Assembly: GCA_963720285.1 (NCBI GenBank)
Contig: CAVREZ010000004.1
Span: forward strand, 32,628 to 96,627
Direction of reading: 5' to 3'
Length of the DNA stretch: 64,000 nucleotides
Origin: an uncultured Acidobacteriota bacterium
Lineage (GTDB): Bacteria; Acidobacteriota; Terriglobia; Terriglobales; Acidobacteriaceae
Below are positions 60,139 to 64,000 of the stretch, one piece after another; the first letter of the stretch is position 1, and each line of letters opens with the position of its first letter. The notes under the pieces are model-generated. The model made no database searches. It saw only the letters and a list, made by a program, of their open reading frames with translations, and was not told the DNA's origin. The translations under genes and the position numbers were made by a program.

Positions 60139-61773
60139 TTACTTCGTCAGTGGAGCTGGGGTTTCTATGCGGGGGAGCATATCGGAGCGGGTGGCGGCGT
60201 TGTAGGCGAACCAGGCTTCGATCATGGCTCCCTGCATGACATCGCCTTTCTGTACGCGGTCGTAGAGATCCATGTTGGAGTGGTGAGTGCGGGAGCCGTA
60301 TTCGAGCGGATCCTGCATGAAGCCGATGCCGTCTAGGCCGATCCAGGAGAAGCTGGTGGAGTCGGTGCCGCCGGGTTGTTTGGTGGGACCGGCGCTGAGG
60401 CCGACGACAGCGTCGAGGCCGAGATCCTTGATGGGCTCGATCCAGGACTGGAAGATGGCGGCCAGCTCGGAGTTGCCCAGAGCGGAGACGGCGCGGAACT
60501 TGCCGGAGCCTGAGTCGTCGTTGAAGTAGACATCGAGCTTGTCGTACTCGGGGGTCTTCTTCATGGTGTCGCGCGGGGCGAAGTGCTGTTGCACGTAGGC
60601 GAGCGAGCCGTAGAGGCCTTCTTCTTCGCCTCCCCAGAGGGCGACACGGACGGTGCGGGCCATGGGCTTGTGTAGCGTGGCAAGGATGCGCACGGCTTCC
60701 ATGGCTACGGAGGAGCCGGTGCCGTTGTCGGTGGCGCCGGTGCCGCCCTGCCAGCTGTCGAAATGGCCGCCTACCATGACGACTTCATCGGCCTTGGTGG
60801 TGCCCGGGATTTCGCCGACGACGTTGAAGCCCATCTGGTCGTCTTTCTGGTATTCGGTTTCGATGTCGAAGGTGAGCTTGGGTGTGATGCCGTGCTCGAT
60901 GAGGCGACAGATGCGGTTGTACTGCTCGGCTGCGATCGCTGCCATGGGAGGGCCGACGGGATCTTTAGGGTCCTGCGAGCCACCGTAGGACGCGAAGATA
61001 GTGCCGCCGTCGCCGTTGTAGCCGGGCGTAAGAGCTACGGCTACACCCTCTTCCTTGAGGAAGGCGTTGACCTGGTTGCGGAGAACGCGGCCAGTGGAAG
61101 CTGCGGTGGAGAGTGACTGCGGGGTGTATTCGCCGGGGCGGGGCGCGGGAGCTCCGGGGCGAATGGGCGGACTGAAGCCGTTGTGCGATGGATCGGGAGT
61201 CTTGGTGCGCTCTTCCACTTCCGCGTCAGTGAGGCGGCGGGCTTCGGGCTCAGTGTGAAGAGATAGCTCTCGGGGATCGAAGATGAGGACGATCTTGCCC
61301 TTGAGCTTGCCTTTGTATTTGGCGAAGTCTGCTTCGGAGTGCAGGGGGGCGAGGACGGCTTCGGCGGTTACGGGGCCGCCGGTGCCGGGGGTCCATGCGA
61401 GGGGGAAGCCGATGAGTGAGGCATAGGCGGGGGATTCGAGAGCGCCGTAATACTTCTTGATCTGCCAGCCATCGCCGAATGGTCCCCATTTTTCGAGGTG
61501 GACGTTCTGAAGGCCCCAGTCTTTCATCTGCTTCATGGCCCACTCGGCTGCGGCGCGATGATTGCGGCTGTTGTTGATGCGGGGGCCGTAGACCTCGGAG
61601 ATGTAGAAGAGGTTTTCCATGACCTGCGAGTTTTGGAAGGCCTCATTTTTGATCTGGGTTAGAGCGCCAAGATCGACCTTATCGCCATCCTGTTGCTGCC
61701 CAGGCGCGGTGGAAGTGAACAGCAGAGTCATGGTGCAGGCGGCAGCAGCCAGCCTGAAGTGAAGCAGGTTCAC
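60139..61773 (-). CDS. M28 family secreted peptidase (carboxypeptidase Q-like)
   Basis: Signal peptide; GGHFDSW, GATDNG, GEEEGLYGS, GGTD, HHSNMD. Confidence 0.88.
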   Translation of the reverse strand: MNLLHFRLAAAACTMTLLFTSTAPGQQQDGDKVDLGALTQIKNEAFQNSQVMENLFYISEVYGPRINNSRNHRAAAEWAMKQMKDWGLQNVHLEKWGPFGDGWQIKKYYGALESPAYASLIGFPLAWTPGTGGPVTAEAVLAPLHSEADFAKYKGKLKGKIVLIFDPRELSLHTEPEARRLTDAEVEERTKTPDPSHNGFSPPIRPGAPAPRPGEYTPQSLSTAASTGRVLRNQVNAFLKEEGVAVALTPGYNGDGGTIFASYGGSQDPKDPVGPPMAAIAAEQYNRICRLIEHGITPKLTFDIETEYQKDDQMGFNVVGEIPGTTKADEVVMVGGHFDSWQGGTGATDNGTGSSVAMEAVRILATLHKPMARTVRVALWGGEEEGLYGSLAYVQQHFAPRDTMKKTPEYDKLDVYFNDDSGSGKFRAVSALGNSELAAIFQSWIEPIKDLGLDAVVGLSAGPTKQPGGTDSTSFSWIGLDGIGFMQDPLEYGSRTHHSNMDLYDRVQKGDVMQGAMIEAWFAYNAATRSDMLPRIETPAPLTK

Positions 61774-62073
61774 GATATTTCTCCTTTTCAAGAGTGAGGT
61801 TTGGTTGGCGATCGGTTGGAAAGAAGAAAGGATCTGGCCCACGATCCGTGCGGCAGGCTGTCCTGGGAGACTCTTTGAATTTCGAGATGGGACAAAGCTA
61901 TTGAATTTGCCTTCACAATGCAACAGAAAGTCGTTGCTGTTGCGGGTGGGATTTTCCTGATATACAGGATGGGCCTGTTAGCGGACGCGGCGGCGCGTGG
62001 CGAAGATCAGTTCGCGTGTCCGGGCACGATACGGCGTGTGAGATGGTATCTGCTGCGCGAAGGTGTTGAGGGC

Positions 62074-62958
62074 ATGGGCGTTCGCCTTGGCTATATGAGG
62101 TTCCTCTGGGTTCTGGGGTTGATGCTGGCTGCTGCCGCGCTGGGGCAGGAGGCGTTGACGGGCAGCGATCAGGGAGCCAAACAGCAATCGCAAAAACAGG
62201 GCATGACGCCGGAGAATCGCGCCGAGGCTACACGGCGGTTTCTGGGGCTGGGAGCTGTTCCGGATAAGGCGGCGGCTGAGCGTGGAAAGCCGGTGTATGA
62301 GAAGACCTGCGCGTTTTGCCATGGCCCGCAGGCGCGCGGGGCGACGGGCGCGAACCTGATTACTTCAGACGAGGTGCTGGCGGACGATCATGGGGAGCAT
62401 TTGGTGCCTTTTCTGAAAAAGGGACGGCCTGAAAAGGGCATGCCCGCGTTTGCCACGATGCCGGACGCGCAACTGAAGGACATTGCGGAGTTTCTGCATC
62501 TGCAGGTGGAGGATGTGGCGAATCGCGGGACTTACCAGGTGCTGAACATTGTGGTGGGGAATGCGGAGCGAGGCCGGCGTTACGTTGAGACGGAATGCGT
62601 GAAGTGCCATGCAGCGGCGGCGTTTGCACATTTTGCTGGGAGGTTCCGGTCTCCGGAGCAGTTGCAGCGAGGATGGATATGGCCTGGACGGGGAGGGCAC
62701 GGCGACGCTGCCGATGGGCTGGCGATAACGGCAACGGTGAAGATGCCGCATGGTGTGATGGTGCAGGGCCGCGTTACGCAGGTGAGCGATTTCAGGATCA
62801 CAGTGGTCGATGGGTCGGGGGCGGCGCATGCGATTGAGATTGTGCCGGGCGTCGAGGTTGCGATGAAGGATCCGCTGGCGGCGCATGAGGCGATGATTCA
62901 GTCGCTGAGGAATGACGAGATGCATGATGTGACGGCGTATCTGGAGACGCTGCGATGA
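62074..62958 (+). CDS. Dihaem c-type cytochrome
   Basis: Signal peptide; CAFCH and CVKCH; GMPAF; start uncertain. Confidence 0.85.
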   Translation: MGVRLGYMRFLWVLGLMLAAAALGQEALTGSDQGAKQQSQKQGMTPENRAEATRRFLGLGAVPDKAAAERGKPVYEKTCAFCHGPQARGATGANLITSDEVLADDHGEHLVPFLKKGRPEKGMPAFATMPDAQLKDIAEFLHLQVEDVANRGTYQVLNIVVGNAERGRRYVETECVKCHAAAAFAHFAGRFRSPEQLQRGWIWPGRGGHGDAADGLAITATVKMPHGVMVQGRVTQVSDFRITVVDGSGAAHAIEIVPGVEVAMKDPLAAHEAMIQSLRNDEMHDVTAYLETLR

Positions 62959-64000
62959 GGCGGGTTGCGATTCTCTGTGCCGTCATGATGCTGGTCGCTT
63001 CGACGCGGTTGGTTGCACAGCGGGTGGGGGTCGATCCGGATGCCATTGGGAAGACGCCAGTGGAGAGCTGGACTACGTTCAATGGAGATTACAGCGGGCG
63101 GCGCTACAGCACGCTGGATCAGATCGATGCGGGGAATGTCGGGCAGCTGGCTCAGCGATGGGTGTTCAAGATTGCGGACGTAGGGGCGCAGCGCGGTGCG
63201 GCAATACTGGTGATCAAATGCACACCGCTGATGGTGGATGGTGTGCTGTTCATCACGATTCCCGATCATGTCTGGGCGATTGATGCGAGAAGCGGCAAGG
63301 CGCTGTGGCAATACGACTGGGTGGATCATGGCGGACACCTGGTGGGCCAGCGCGGGGTGGCGATATGGAAGTCGCGGGTGTTCTTTGAAACGCCGGATGA
63401 CTGGCTGGTGGCGCTGGATGCGGGCACGGGCAAGGAGATATGGAGGAAGAACTTCGCCGATGCGAGGAAGCAGTATTTCGCGACCTCTGCGCCGCTGGTG
63501 GTGAAGAACCATGTGATTGTGGGTGTGGGCGGCGACGCGATGGATATGCCGGGGTTTCTGGATGCATTCGATCCCGAAACAGGCGCATTGCAGTGGACGT
63601 GGTGGGGGACGCCGAGGAAGGGTGATGCGGCGTTGGCGACGTGGCCGAGTGAGGCAACATCCGAGCATGGCGGCGGCATGACGTGGATGCCGGGGACGTA
63701 CGATCCGAAGTTGAATTTGATTTATTGGCCGACGGGGAATACGAATCCGGTGTTTGCCGGGCAAGGGCGGCCGGGGGCAAATCTGTGGACGGAGTCGATT
63801 GTGGCTCTGGATGCGGACAATGGAAAACTCAAGTGGTATTTTCAGGTGTCTCCGCATGACACGCATGATTTTGACAATACGACAGCGCCGATCCTGTTCG
63901 ATCGCATCGTGGATGGGAAGCAGAGAGAGCTGGTGGCGCAGGCGGCGCGGAATGGGTTCTTTGTAACGCTGGACCGGACGAATGGCAAGTATCTCGTCAT
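62955..64000 (+). CDS. PQQ-dependent dehydrogenase-fold beta-propeller (acido-empty-quinoprotein-like), partial at the window end
   Basis: My translation from ATG 62955: WTTFNGDYSGRRYSTLDQI, TPLMVDG, GGGMTW, TGNTNP, SPHDTHDFD, ARNGFF. Confidence 0.85.
   Translation, partial: MRRVAILCAVMMLVASTRLVAQRVGVDPDAIGKTPVESWTTFNGDYSGRRYSTLDQIDAGNVGQLAQRWVFKIADVGAQRGAAILVIKCTPLMVDGVLFITIPDHVWAIDARSGKALWQYDWVDHGGHLVGQRGVAIWKSRVFFETPDDWLVALDAGTGKEIWRKNFADARKQYFATSAPLVVKNHVIVGVGGDAMDMPGFLDAFDPETGALQWTWWGTPRKGDAALATWPSEATSEHGGGMTWMPGTYDPKLNLIYWPTGNTNPVFAGQGRPGANLWTESIVALDADNGKLKWYFQVSPHDTHDFDNTTAPILFDRIVDGKQRELVAQAARNGFFVTLDRTNGKYLV

Noticed and set aside
62898-63866. 322-aa minus-strand ORF
   Set aside because: Antisense to the quinoprotein gene, which the ORF track missed because it has no stop inside the window

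Overview
Bacterial DNA whose gene content suggests Acidobacteriota (inference). Positions 1-57313 appear to be the right part of a large island, ending at a duplicated 3' half of tRNA-Pro(CGG) at 57268-57313; the sequence beyond looks GC-richer by eye. The island holds three blocks. (1) 0.4-26 kb: a Wzx/Wzy exopolysaccharide/capsule locus (PilZ, UpxY-type antiterminator, short OPX, PCP, ExeA-like ATPase, BY-pseudokinase, epimerase, flippase, polymerase, GT26/GT2/GT4/GT14). It runs on the same strand into a two-protein NRPS (A-T with a Leu-type code; C-A-T-TE with a Gly-type code and a Cys-nucleophile TE), a P450 and an ATP-grasp ligase. This is the best candidate for an undescribed system: peptide-decorated polysaccharide. 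(2) 26.9-46.5 kb: a partly decayed trehalose/glucan and redox cluster (treZ, truncated treY, GH15, VKOR, SDR, atypical M24, enolase-family, ThDP enzyme, His-rich duplicated membrane protein, GMC dehydrogenase). (3) 47-57 kb: a Ser/Thr kinase interrupted by an IS5-family element, an ECF sigma factor, two PH/GRAM-like paralogs, secreted/unknown proteins and an orphan VgrG, with IS21 and IS3 remnants. Right of the att site lie a pseudokinase-SPOR protein, RidA, an M28 peptidase, a dihaem cytochrome c and a PQQ-fold quinoprotein. All calls come from motif reading without database searches.
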